Of a DNA stretch of 58,743 nucleotides, positions 1-10,077 are shown piece after piece. Below the pieces are notes generated by a model, which saw only the letters and a list, made by a program, of their open reading frames with translations, ran no database searches and was not told the DNA's origin. Position numbers and translations under genes: made by a program. Source of the stretch: a virus. Taxonomy: Duplodnaviria > Caudoviricetes. The DNA lies in the IMG/VR virus record IMGVR_UViG_3300032293_000861, positions 1 to 58,743 of that record. One strand, given 5' to 3'. Position 1 is the first letter of the stretch, and each line of letters starts with the position of its first letter.

Positions 1-133
1 GAAAGTTGCACCGCCGAAAGTTGCACCGCCGAAAGTTGCACCGCCGAAAGTTGCACCGCCGAAAGTTGCACCGCCGAAAGTTGCACCGCCGAAAGTTGCA
101 CCGACGAAAGCTGCACCGCCGAAAGTTGCACCT
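1..133 (+). repeat. 15-bp tandem repeat GAAAGTTGCACCGCC encoding (KVAPP)n; left contig end, overlapping the right end
   Basis: About 9 units, with variants at 91-120. Read from position 2 it is in the same frame as ORF 185-9682 with no stop. Positions 1-102 are identical to 58642-58743. Confidence 0.95.
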
Positions 134-3100
134 AAACGGGTAAGAACCCCCAAACCCGGAGACGTTGTTGATAGTTCTGGCAGCGTGGTTGAACCTACGC
201 TTGACGATCAGATCTCTGAATTTTTGATTTCGGAAAATATTCTTAGTTACGAAGAAGCAACCCTAGAGTCGCCTACTGGAGGGGTTAACCCTAACTTTGA
301 AGCTACGGCAGCAGCAATCAAGAATGTGATAGTAGCGGGATATCCGGTCAAATTCTCCACGAACTATCAGTATGGATTAAAAGGCGTTAAATTTACTACA
401 GATAACTTAAGCAAGCTTAATAAGTTTATCATTGAGCAGATTGACCAACGCTATCCGAAGATCCCCCTACCGGATGCTCCCGGCAACTACACATCAAAGA
501 CTTTTTCAGATTCCTCTGGTAACAAACGCACGGTATACTTCCAGAACGATATCCCACATTTCGATAATGACCCAGTTACTGTGAGACTTTTGATCGCTGC
601 TGGGCACACTGTTGTAGTCCCCAATATGTTCTGGGGCAACATCAATAGAGCGATTAAAGTTCAGACCTACGACGTAAAACGAGCCACACGGGTGCTTCGT
701 CTTGATGCTGAGACTTTGATACCTGTAGCCATCGCCACCACCAGTATAAACGTCCCTGCTGGAATCGCATACTACGACTCCGAGTCGTTTGATTACTGGA
801 AGAGTATCTACAGTCTGTTCTGGAACGACAAAGACAAAACCCAAGAGATTGATTTCGGTATCAGTGAGGAAAAAGCCCTCATGTATTATACCGGAAAGGT
901 TGGGAAGATAACCCTTAAAGACTACTTGACCAAAGCAGATAACTTTGTTGGTCAAAAACAACTCTCCCTAAGAAGCTTTCTGCTCATTATCGACAACAAC
1001 GCTGACCTACTTCGACAAGCAAAAGATGAGATTATCGTTGAAGCATACGGTCGCGCAATACAGGCGTTGATAAGGTCCAAGCTCAAGGGGCATGTAACCA
1101 AGTCAGGGGACAAAAACAACTGGGTGATCGGAGAGGGTGCTGTTGATGCCTTCAAAGAGTTCTTGGTGTCCGTTGGGAAAGACCCTAACGAAGTGGCAGG
1201 TGCGCTTCGTGAAATGAATTTCGATAAGAACAAAACACCGAAAAACGACGAGTTGTTTCGGAAATATATCGCAAGTATTTTCAAAGGGCTTAATCAACTT
1301 GGTTTCGGAGACAGTGATTCCGTTGATAAAATCTCCGACAGGGTTATCGACCGCTACAGGAAGTTCATCAAGAAGTCGAGACTCAGGGAAGCTGTTTCAA
1401 ATACGATAGCTATCGATAACTTCGCCAGAGTGGCGGATGCTCCTGTTTCGGTTTCGGTTGGCGGCGACTTGACTCGTATGTCCTTTGAAGGATATGCCGA
1501 GTTAACTAGTGGTGAAACACCACCTGACGTTGCAATGATGCGTAAAGAAAGCGGGTATTTCATCGATGAAATCTTGAATCTTTCTCCGATAAGCTTACCA
1601 CCGGGAGCGATTGGAATTGGAGTTCAAGAAATTACCGAACCCCAACGACAGGTGTGGACATCCCCTACAGGGGCTACTCTTTCCGAACCCATTTACTATG
1701 GTGGCAATAGGGCATTCATGGTTAGCAGCGTTATTGAATATAGCCCTGCTGAAGGTGCATTGAATCCGGGAGATATCATTACGGAAATCAATGGTGAGCC
1801 GACTTCGCGCATTTACTTCTCAGATCTTCCAGAGAAACTTCTCTACGGTAATCCCGGAGAAGAGGTAAACTTGCAGGTTATTCGCTTCGACCAAGCCACG
1901 AATAGTTATGCGGGAGGAAGCACTCCAGTAACCCTGACCCGTGTTTCTCAAGCTGCTATTAGCGAGGCAGGTATACCACAGGGAATCAAGGATTTCAGCA
2001 ACCTTTCTTATTCGGAGATTTCAAAAGCACTTGGTAGGTTGTCCGACGTTGTTGTAGCTACCGCTGATAAATATCCAGAGATTAAGACGGGACTTATCGA
2101 GATTTATCGAGGCTTCCTTGGGACAAGCGAGACCTACTTGGATTTGCGTGACAAAACTTCCCGTGAAATTCTAAGCGGTGCGATGGATGTTCTCAATGCT
2201 CTTAGCACTGACTCCGATCTAGGGGACTTCCAGCTTTATTCTGATGAATCCCCTGTATCAAAAGAAGCTCTCGATGCGATGGCGTTTTTGAATAAGCTGC
2301 GAGGACCGGATCAGAACTTGACCAAGCCACTGTTGCTATTCAGAAACTACCTGCGGGTGATGTATAACTTCTCCAATGGGTCTATTGATGCACCACTTAC
2401 CGATGCTGAAGAAGTCTTGATCTTAAGACCCGTCGAAGATTTGTTTGAAATGGTTGGGATGCAATTGAATGAAGACAACTTCAACTCGATTGTGAAAGTC
2501 CTTTCCATGAAGATTGGTAATGTTATCGGGAAGCGGGTGCAGGACGGTTTTGCGAAGAACTTCGCACGGACTAAAGAGCAGCGTGACGCAGCCGAGCAGC
2601 GGAACACTGGAGAAGCCAAAGAACTTGGTCTTGTCAGCGGTGATCCCGAGTCGGTTATCACTGCACTCAATCGGATCGTTGCCGACAACGACTACCCGCT
2701 CTACCTCCGCACCACAGCACGGGCGTTGCTTCGTTCGCCGGATCTTATCCGTAATACGAAGATCAACATCTTCAGCAACAACCTCGACTTCGCTGGTAAG
2801 TTTGGGACGGATGTCAACGGCAACTATGTTGTAAGCCTCAATCTCCGTGGGTCGAACGGCAAGTCCCTTGCCTCTGTCCTCACCCACGAATACCTCCACG
2901 CCCTTACGCACAATGCGCTTAACGATCCTCGCTATGCCAACAATGCGAAGGTCATCGAACTCAAGCGCACCTATGAGGAACTCAAGACCCTCATCGAAGA
3001 GAAGGGTCTGACCGACCCAGAGCTTCTCGCAGGGATGGAGCGTGTTGATGAGTTCGTCGCATACATGTTTACTTCGCAGTCCTTCCAGAACGCAATCAAG

Positions 3101-6100
3101 CGTGTTGGATTCCGCGAAAGCAAAGGATTCTTCAAACGCATCTTGGATACTATCTTGGATATCTTTGGAATCCGCGCAGCCCTCCGTCAGAGCGAGATCT
3201 ACACACAGATGGTTGATCTCGTTTACTACGCCCCGAACACGGAACCCCGCACGATGGGTCGCTTTAACTCTGGGCTAGCACAGTCGGTCGCGGAAGCGGC
3301 AGCGGAGTATAAGGAGAATACGTCAACGGTTGGGGACTTGACCCGACCCGGAACCGTGATCCCTGCACCCAATGCCCAAGCAACGCCTGTGGTGGCAGGA
3401 GACCCGAACATGGTCCAAGACCCCCGTGATACCGAACGGCAGCGGGAGCTTGCCCGAACCATGGTCGCACGAATCCGGAGTCTTGGATCTGTCCCCGCCG
3501 AAGTCCCCGTGGTTGTTAACTACGGTCTGCCACAAGCAATGGGCATCGATGTCGAGACAGGCAACTTGATCATCAACCCCGACAAGATCGCCTCTGATTT
3601 TGTGGGTATCACACAAGATGATGCGGAAGTTGACGTAGCACTGGAGATCGCCCTTGATGAGGAACTGACTCACGTTGCTGACGTTTCCACGATCCCACAA
3701 GGGGAGTTCAATCAATTCGCGAACACCATTGCCGACAGTGAGCTTGAGGAAACCGGAGTTAAATACTACAACGATCCTACCTACACGTTGCCGGATCCTG
3801 CCGTTGATTCGGACAGATACTTGACGGAACGAAACCTCCTTGTCTCCGAACGTCTGCGCCAGAATGTGCAGGGCATCCTCCTTGGTCAGTCCACGGAAGA
3901 CATGTTCTTGTTCCTTAGCCGGAACAAGGCTAACAAAGCGGTGTCCATGTTCGCAGAGGCATACTTCAAGCGTGTTGTCGCAGGATACACGATGAAGCGG
4001 AATCTGCGTAAGTTCAGCCCCCGCGAGCGTGCGCTCCTCACCAGACTCATCAACGAGCGTAGAAGGCTTGCCCTCAACTACCGTTCGCCAAACCCACACT
4101 TGACTGCGGGACTTACCGGAGAAGACTTGGTTAATCAGGTGGAGGCATTCATTGCCCAGCATAACAGTAAAATCGCCCCTGCCCCACCAGAGGAAGACAA
4201 ACCCGCAGAGGATCCGACCAAGTTCGATCAACAGAACAATCGGTTCACGGTGCAGGACGCGACCTTTGTCAGTCCGACCGACAACACCAAACTCTCTGGT
4301 GAGTTCCGTTCGTCTTTCAACCTGCCTCTTGTTACGGGACAAGTGGAGGAGATTGGCAAGCTGCTCGATAGAGGCAGGAACGACGAGGCATATGCCATGG
4401 CGGAGACCGCAGTCGCGCACATGCTTTCCGATATTCCGGCTGCGAAGTATACCTTCAAGGTCCAGAGAATCCGTGGAGCGTGGGCAGATCAATCGCAGCC
4501 GTCCTTGTCGATGACCTTTGGGACGGACTCAGAGGAGACCCTCACCGCTATCCGCAACCGGATGAACGCTCTTGGTCTCGCCTTCAACCAAGACGAGATC
4601 CACGAACTGGAAGTCCTCGATACTCTGCCCGAAGGCGCAGACTACGAGATCGGAGTGATCGATTCCGATGGGTCTCAGATCCAGCCGATGGTTACCATCA
4701 ACCTAAAGCAATCGATTCCAGCGGCAGCTATCGAGACCTACCGTAGGACATCCGGTATCGAGGGTATGAGCTATGACGATAAGAAGAAAGAGATAATTCT
4801 CTACAACCTCGATGGCGACCCGGAACTGTTTGTTCAGAAATTCCAAACAATTGTAAACAACATCAAAAATGACTTCCCGAAAACTATCCGATCTTATACA
4901 GAGGGCAATGTCCGAATCCGGCGTAGTGGCAATGCCACGGACGAAGGGCGCGGCATCTTCGCCTATGAAGACAACTATGTTCCTGACAGCAATGCCTATG
5001 GGCGCGACTCCGCCGATGAGTTCTTTGCCGCAAGGAATGCCTTTGTCCGAAGCATCCTTACCACAACCGGAGGAAGACTGACCTCACCGATCAACGGGAT
5101 ACAGATGGCAGTCTACAAGAAGACTGCACTTCCCGCTGAGCATAGCTTGCTACTTTTCGATACTGCTACCGACTTTGACAACCTACCGTTGGACGACTCC
5201 GCTAACCCAACGGTGCTGAAAGCATATGAAGCTTTGGTCAAGGATCTTGATCGGGCTTACAAGAGCATCGTAAACAAGAAGCTGAAGATCCAGCTTACCG
5301 ATGGTAAACCCTATGGGTCTCAGGATGAACTCATGTCCGACCTGACCACAGGGGTGTTGAAGATCCAGCGCACCAACCCGGATAGCTTTACGACTCCGGA
5401 CATTGCGAAGAAGCACCCGCTCCTCCGCGCCACCAACTACACAGGGATGCTTGTCGGTGAAGACGGAGCCGAAACTGTCGAGGCGACCCTGCTTAGTAAC
5501 GACCTGCTCCGGGTGCTTCACACTTTCTCTACCTACGGTGTATCCGGTCCCGTGTCTCAAGAAGGTTCGTACCAGTTCATGGCTGCTATGATGAGCAAGC
5601 CGGAAGCAGTGTGGGCCTTGAGTGGAGAGATCCGTGGGCAGTATGCTTGGCATATCTATGGACCCCATGCCCGTAAGCAGAACGGTGACTTGCTCCGCCC
5701 GGATGAAGTGGGGTATGTTCGTGGACCAGATCGTAGGTGGTCTGAGCAGAAGCTTGCCCTACTCCCGATCAAGGATGCTTTGACAGGGAATGCTGTTATC
5801 GATGACAAGCTCCGTAAATTTGCCAAGGATCTTGAGAGTGCCGCACCAGCACCGACCGTGCTTCCTGCACCCAGTGCCTCGCGATTCGGTGGAGGGAATC
5901 TTATCCCTGTTGTTGATAGGTTCGCCCCCGGCGTTGTGAAGGAGCGTGGTTTTGGGGGGAGATCACGGTCGGTCCTTGTGGAGATGCCTATCGATGAGTT
6001 TTTGAAGTATCCGACTCCGTTGGATAAAGAATCCCGCCAAGATGCCAGAGATTCTTTTAACAATGGAATTGGTTGGGATGATATCCCGAACCTTAAGATT

Positions 6101-9100
6101 GACGATACGGACATCAATAATGTCCGGGTTACAGGACATGAAGGCAGACACAGGGCACTTGTTCTAAAAGAGGCTGGGTATGTAACCATGCCTGTTGAGA
6201 TTCGTAGCACCTTGATTCGTTGGTCTGAGCAGAGTAACCCCCAAGCATCCGACTATACAGAATACATCCCTACTCAAGTATTATCCGAAGATGGTAAGCG
6301 AATGCTGCCCTATCCAGCGGATAGGAATTCATATCAGAACCAACAAGCTGTCTTTAATAGGTTGTCCTCACCACAAGTGGTCGGGGGTGGTATCCTTCCT
6401 GCACCCAGTGCCTCGCGATTCGGAGCCATATCCGGTATCCCGAATGCTGTATCGGCAGATACGACTGACTACTCTGGGTTCACTGAGTTGTTCACCATGC
6501 CAGCCTTTGAAGTTGGCACATACAGAAGCCCTTCGTCTACCTTGGGGAAAGTATTCTATGGATCATACGACACCCGCATCAAGCGACTGCTGAACATCAA
6601 CAATAGTCTTGAGCGTGCAGGTCTCGACATGATGGAACGCTTCAAGAAGCGTATCGACCTAATCGTTAAAAAGGAGTTCGATGGAGATCCTTCGCAGGTT
6701 GTAGGTCTTATGAACCGCGCATCCGGCACGACTCAGACAACCTTCAGCGATAATGCGTGGAACGCGATCAACGACAAGTATGACAAGCAGATCGAAGAGA
6801 TCGGGACTCCTGCCCGACCCTACGATCAGGTTGAATACGATGACATGATCACTGCGCTTACCGTGTCGAACCCGACTGTCCAAGCAGCGGTCATTGATAA
6901 GATGGCGCGGAGAGAACTCTACTCCTTGGAGGTGAACAGAGTTGAGGCAACGAGAACCGCTGAGATCAACGCGGAGCGTAAGAAGATCAATGATGCAGTC
7001 AGGTTGGATCGTGACGCAGCCTTCATCGAGCTTCGCAACATCTCGCCCAAGCTCGCCAAGGCAGTCGCTGACCTGCGCCAGATCATCGATGAGATCTCCC
7101 GTAAAGCGTCGAAGGAAACAGGGATCAAGAACCCCGCTCTTTCGGTCATCATCGAGGACAACCTTGGGATCTACGTCACCCGTGCTTATCAGTTCTTTGA
7201 AGATGCTGGATACGCGGACATCGTGATGAGTCCCGATGCTCAGGCTAGTTCAGCGATTGACCCAAGGGTTATCGATGCTGCGGACGATTACTTCCGGAAC
7301 GAGTTCCTCAAGTATGAAGTCAAACGACTCCAGAAGAATGACCTCACACTGACCAAGAGTCAGGCGGAAGCAGAAGCAGAGTATCGTTACCGGACCAGTT
7401 CGCATAAGCACGGCATGTCCCCTGCCATTGCAGCACGGATCGAGTTCCTTTCCCGCTATCGTCCGGGTGGCGCATCCGACCGCATGGCAGTAAACCAAGA
7501 CGTTGTGGACGTTGTGGATGCTTCCCTCAAACGTAGGAAAGATATCCCGCTGGTTCTGCGGAATCTGCTGGGTGAGCGCACTGGAGACGACGGTATCTAC
7601 AATCTGATCAGGACACTTGGTGTAGTCACGCGGGTGACATCCAGTCAAGCGATGGTCAACACCATCCACAACATCGCTACCACGGGTCCGAACAAGTGGG
7701 TCTACGGTCCCGATGAGGTTGGGGTGGGTGACGGGCAGATTCGTCGCGGAACTCTCAACGCAAAAGGTTACACCGCAATTTCCAACAAGGTGGGTAGTTC
7801 GCCCTTCAGCGCACTCCAAGGATACTTCGCCCCTAAAGAATTCGTTGAGGCTATGGAGCAATCCGCGAGCGAAGCATCAAGGAGATATGCCGCAGCAGCA
7901 AGTGAGGCGACAATCGAAAAGGCACTGGGGTGGTTTAAGTATCTCACCGGGGCTGTCATGGGTTGGAAGACCTTGTGGTCTGTTGCTCACTTTGGGCGGA
8001 ACGTCTTGGGTCAGTCGATGATGGCTATCCATCAGGGTAGGCCACACCTTATCTTTACATCTGCTAAACCACTACTTATGGAGGAAGGACCACGGGTTCT
8101 GCTTAGAACTTTGGGGATGGATGTAGATGAAGAGACCTTCGCCAGACGCATCAAGCTTGTCGGTCTTGGTGTCTTGGAGGATAACGTCCGCACCAACACG
8201 TTCCGGCAGTTGGTCGCAGGTCAGCGAACCATCGATGATGTCCAAGGGGAGATGCGTATGCTCTTCGACAAAGTTACCAAGAACAAGGTCGTTGGGTTTC
8301 TAGGCGACGTTCAGAACAGACTCGCAGAGTTGGAAGGTGCGACCGAAGACTTTATGAAGGTAGCGGTTTTCAGAGATACTCTGTCCGTCCTTACCAAGGC
8401 GCGGGACTCTGGCGAAGGTGGTTTCAAGGGAGTGGAGTTCGCCAAGATGACGGACAACGATCTTGAGCGACTAGCCGCAGACATGACTCAAGAGACCATG
8501 CCAGCATACTCGCGGACCACTCCGCTGGTGAAGGCATTCACCAAGTCAAACGCAGGAGATCTTGTGGCCCCCTTCATCCGGTATTGGTCTGAGATGATCC
8601 GTGTTACTGCGAGATCTCCGGTCCTTGCCTTGGAGGAGATTAGGTCAGGGAATCCGGTCATGCAGAAGCGGGGTGTCCAGCGTTTGGTTGGGTCCGCTAC
8701 AGCACATGCGATCTCTGCATTTGCCGCAGAAGCAATCACCTCATGGTTCTCCGATGTGGATGACGAGGAGGAAGAAACTCTGCGGGAAGGCACGCAGTCT
8801 TATCTACAAAACCACGCCCTCGCTTACTACCGTGATGCTGTGGATGGTGTTCTATACCAGCTTGATATATCCTTCCTAAACCCGCTATCAGTGGTGGGGG
8901 ATCCGATCAAGGCAGGATACGACAAGATGATCAAGGGTGACTTCTATGGTGGTATGTCAGCAATGCTTGGAACCGCACTGGAGGATACGATCTTGAATCC
9001 CCAGATTCTATTCGGTGCGGTTAAGAATGCTGTGGAGAATAGGAATGCAACGACTGGCGAACCTATATACATCGAGGGTGTTGATGCTGGCAGGGAAGCT

Positions 9101-9682
9101 GCATATAAGCAGATCAGTTATGTGGCGAGTAAGATCGCCCCGACCCTTGTGATCAGCACGTATAGGATTTATAAAGCTATGACTGCTGACGGTCCTGTTG
9201 AGGATGAATACTCTGCTGAAGCTGCGTTGAGGCAACTGGTCCTTCCTGCTCGCCCAACTCCCGTGGACGTAGAGCGGACCATGAGAAACATTACGAGAGT
9301 CACGAAAGATCAATTGAGTCAAGTAGCTTCGGCTCAGTATAGAGTCACTACACGAAAACTTACGAGTGATGAGGATGCCCGAGAGATGTATAGGGACACA
9401 GTCGAAGACACAAGGGGTATCCTGTCTAGGCTTTACAAGCACGGGGTAGCCTTAAGCTCACTGGGGGTTCCCAACGAGATCTTGTATGGCGGGATATCCG
9501 ACACCATCGGAAAGGGAAAAACCGACATGCTTTACTCAGGGTTCATGGCTGCTCCAGAGATACCAGAAGGGGTGGTAGAATCACTACTCCGATCCGACCG
9601 TAAAGAGGGTATTGGTCCTAGACTATTAAAAGCCCTCTACGGAGAAAGGGAGAACACCCCCGACTTCCTATCGGTCAAGTGA
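2..9682 (+). CDS. C-terminal ~3,200 aa of a giant virion-associated polyvalent/ejection protein (continues from 54710 across the contig join)
   Basis: Open frame from position 2 through 185 to the stop at 9682. Contains a PDZ-like segment (~1712-1890), zincin motif HEYLH (2885-2899), ParB/Srx-like GHEGRHR (~6134-6154) and a helical C-terminus typical of large phage internal proteins. Confidence 0.8.
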   Translation, partial: KVAPPKVAPPKVAPPKVAPPKVAPPKVAPPKVAPTKAAPPKVAPKRVRTPKPGDVVDSSGSVVEPTLDDQISEFLISENILSYEEATLESPTGGVNPNFEATAAAIKNVIVAGYPVKFSTNYQYGLKGVKFTTDNLSKLNKFIIEQIDQRYPKIPLPDAPGNYTSKTFSDSSGNKRTVYFQNDIPHFDNDPVTVRLLIAAGHTVVVPNMFWGNINRAIKVQTYDVKRATRVLRLDAETLIPVAIATTSINVPAGIAYYDSESFDYWKSIYSLFWNDKDKTQEIDFGISEEKALMYYTGKVGKITLKDYLTKADNFVGQKQLSLRSFLLIIDNNADLLRQAKDEIIVEAYGRAIQALIRSKLKGHVTKSGDKNNWVIGEGAVDAFKEFLVSVGKDPNEVAGALREMNFDKNKTPKNDELFRKYIASIFKGLNQLGFGDSDSVDKISDRVIDRYRKFIKKSRLREAVSNTIAIDNFARVADAPVSVSVGGDLTRMSFEGYAELTSGETPPDVAMMRKESGYFIDEILNLSPISLPPGAIGIGVQEITEPQRQVWTSPTGATLSEPIYYGGNRAFMVSSVIEYSPAEGALNPGDIITEINGEPTSRIYFSDLPEKLLYGNPGEEVNLQVIRFDQATNSYAGGSTPVTLTRVSQAAISEAGIPQGIKDFSNLSYSEISKALGRLSDVVVATADKYPEIKTGLIEIYRGFLGTSETYLDLRDKTSREILSGAMDVLNALSTDSDLGDFQLYSDESPVSKEALDAMAFLNKLRGPDQNLTKPLLLFRNYLRVMYNFSNGSIDAPLTDAEEVLILRPVEDLFEMVGMQLNEDNFNSIVKVLSMKIGNVIGKRVQDGFAKNFARTKEQRDAAEQRNTGEAKELGLVSGDPESVITALNRIVADNDYPLYLRTTARALLRSPDLIRNTKINIFSNNLDFAGKFGTDVNGNYVVSLNLRGSNGKSLASVLTHEYLHALTHNALNDPRYANNAKVIELKRTYEELKTLIEEKGLTDPELLAGMERVDEFVAYMFTSQSFQNAIKRVGFRESKGFFKRILDTILDIFGIRAALRQSEIYTQMVDLVYYAPNTEPRTMGRFNSGLAQSVAEAAAEYKENTSTVGDLTRPGTVIPAPNAQATPVVAGDPNMVQDPRDTERQRELARTMVARIRSLGSVPAEVPVVVNYGLPQAMGIDVETGNLIINPDKIASDFVGITQDDAEVDVALEIALDEELTHVADVSTIPQGEFNQFANTIADSELEETGVKYYNDPTYTLPDPAVDSDRYLTERNLLVSERLRQNVQGILLGQSTEDMFLFLSRNKANKAVSMFAEAYFKRVVAGYTMKRNLRKFSPRERALLTRLINERRRLALNYRSPNPHLTAGLTGEDLVNQVEAFIAQHNSKIAPAPPEEDKPAEDPTKFDQQNNRFTVQDATFVSPTDNTKLSGEFRSSFNLPLVTGQVEEIGKLLDRGRNDEAYAMAETAVAHMLSDIPAAKYTFKVQRIRGAWADQSQPSLSMTFGTDSEETLTAIRNRMNALGLAFNQDEIHELEVLDTLPEGADYEIGVIDSDGSQIQPMVTINLKQSIPAAAIETYRRTSGIEGMSYDDKKKEIILYNLDGDPELFVQKFQTIVNNIKNDFPKTIRSYTEGNVRIRRSGNATDEGRGIFAYEDNYVPDSNAYGRDSADEFFAARNAFVRSILTTTGGRLTSPINGIQMAVYKKTALPAEHSLLLFDTATDFDNLPLDDSANPTVLKAYEALVKDLDRAYKSIVNKKLKIQLTDGKPYGSQDELMSDLTTGVLKIQRTNPDSFTTPDIAKKHPLLRATNYTGMLVGEDGAETVEATLLSNDLLRVLHTFSTYGVSGPVSQEGSYQFMAAMMSKPEAVWALSGEIRGQYAWHIYGPHARKQNGDLLRPDEVGYVRGPDRRWSEQKLALLPIKDALTGNAVIDDKLRKFAKDLESAAPAPTVLPAPSASRFGGGNLIPVVDRFAPGVVKERGFGGRSRSVLVEMPIDEFLKYPTPLDKESRQDARDSFNNGIGWDDIPNLKIDDTDINNVRVTGHEGRHRALVLKEAGYVTMPVEIRSTLIRWSEQSNPQASDYTEYIPTQVLSEDGKRMLPYPADRNSYQNQQAVFNRLSSPQVVGGGILPAPSASRFGAISGIPNAVSADTTDYSGFTELFTMPAFEVGTYRSPSSTLGKVFYGSYDTRIKRLLNINNSLERAGLDMMERFKKRIDLIVKKEFDGDPSQVVGLMNRASGTTQTTFSDNAWNAINDKYDKQIEEIGTPARPYDQVEYDDMITALTVSNPTVQAAVIDKMARRELYSLEVNRVEATRTAEINAERKKINDAVRLDRDAAFIELRNISPKLAKAVADLRQIIDEISRKASKETGIKNPALSVIIEDNLGIYVTRAYQFFEDAGYADIVMSPDAQASSAIDPRVIDAADDYFRNEFLKYEVKRLQKNDLTLTKSQAEAEAEYRYRTSSHKHGMSPAIAARIEFLSRYRPGGASDRMAVNQDVVDVVDASLKRRKDIPLVLRNLLGERTGDDGIYNLIRTLGVVTRVTSSQAMVNTIHNIATTGPNKWVYGPDEVGVGDGQIRRGTLNAKGYTAISNKVGSSPFSALQGYFAPKEFVEAMEQSASEASRRYAAAASEATIEKALGWFKYLTGAVMGWKTLWSVAHFGRNVLGQSMMAIHQGRPHLIFTSAKPLLMEEGPRVLLRTLGMDVDEETFARRIKLVGLGVLEDNVRTNTFRQLVAGQRTIDDVQGEMRMLFDKVTKNKVVGFLGDVQNRLAELEGATEDFMKVAVFRDTLSVLTKARDSGEGGFKGVEFAKMTDNDLERLAADMTQETMPAYSRTTPLVKAFTKSNAGDLVAPFIRYWSEMIRVTARSPVLALEEIRSGNPVMQKRGVQRLVGSATAHAISAFAAEAITSWFSDVDDEEEETLREGTQSYLQNHALAYYRDAVDGVLYQLDISFLNPLSVVGDPIKAGYDKMIKGDFYGGMSAMLGTALEDTILNPQILFGAVKNAVENRNATTGEPIYIEGVDAGREAAYKQISYVASKIAPTLVISTYRIYKAMTADGPVEDEYSAEAALRQLVLPARPTPVDVERTMRNITRVTKDQLSQVASAQYRVTTRKLTSDEDAREMYRDTVEDTRGILSRLYKHGVALSSLGVPNEILYGGISDTIGKGKTDMLYSGFMAAPEIPEGVVESLLRSDRKEGIGPRLLKALYGERENTPDFLSVK
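5861..6423 (+). repeat. 29-bp exact direct repeat CTTCCTGCACCCAGTGCCTCGCGATTCGG (5861-5889 and 6395-6423) flanking a ParB-like domain
   Basis: Both copies read directly from the sequence; both encode LPAPSASRFG. Confidence 0.9.
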
Positions 9683-9700
9683 CCGTTATATCGGGACACG

Positions 9701-9738
9701 AAAAAGCCCCCGCTCAGAACAATCGTCTGAGCGGGGGC
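9701..9738 (-). terminator. Rho-independent terminator of the minus-strand early operon (possibly bidirectional)
   Basis: GCCCCCGCTCAGA-loop-TCTGAGCGGGGGC followed by TTTTT on the minus strand; lies between convergent genes. Confidence 0.85.
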
Positions 9739-9751
9739 GTGGGTGGTAGGG

Positions 9752-10033
9752 TCAGTTCATTATGTGTTGCTGCGGATCCTCGTCCGCGATGATCCGGTTT
9801 ATCTCCGAGAACAACTCCGAAGTATACTTTTCTCTAGCTTCCGGAGCGTGAACATGGGGTGCGATACAAGCGAGGCAGAACCTGTTCAGCGCACTGAATG
9901 ACTCCAGCTTTGAACACCGCACTGAGATGTCAGGGAGGAATGCGATAGCCCCCCAACGTCCGTGACGGTATCCGATCTTGATGTCGATTGAAACGGGGAA
10001 CTCCCCTTTGATTTCGTGTAGGTATTTAATCAT
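9752..10033 (-). CDS. hypothetical protein (93 aa)
   Basis: ORF 9752-10126; start moved to the ATG at 10033, which follows an A-rich leader. Confidence 0.65.
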   Translation of the reverse strand: MIKYLHEIKGEFPVSIDIKIGYRHGRWGAIAFLPDISVRCSKLESFSALNRFCLACIAPHVHAPEAREKYTSELFSEINRIIADEDPQQHIMN

Positions 10034-10077
10034 TTTATCTTGTTGTTTATCTTGTCGTTTATTTGTTGGTGGTCTGG

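Noticed and set aside
1-133. Terminal 15-bp repeats as a CRISPR array, telomere or true terminal repeat
   Set aside because: There are no spacers, the units are in-frame coding sequence, and the end identity is best explained as assembly overlap.
185-9682. Giant protein as an N4-like or crAss-like virion RNA polymerase
   Set aside because: I found no convincing DxDxD/NADFDGD or T7-type polymerase motifs by eye (NLDGD and DFDNL are poor matches). A profile search is needed to exclude it fully.
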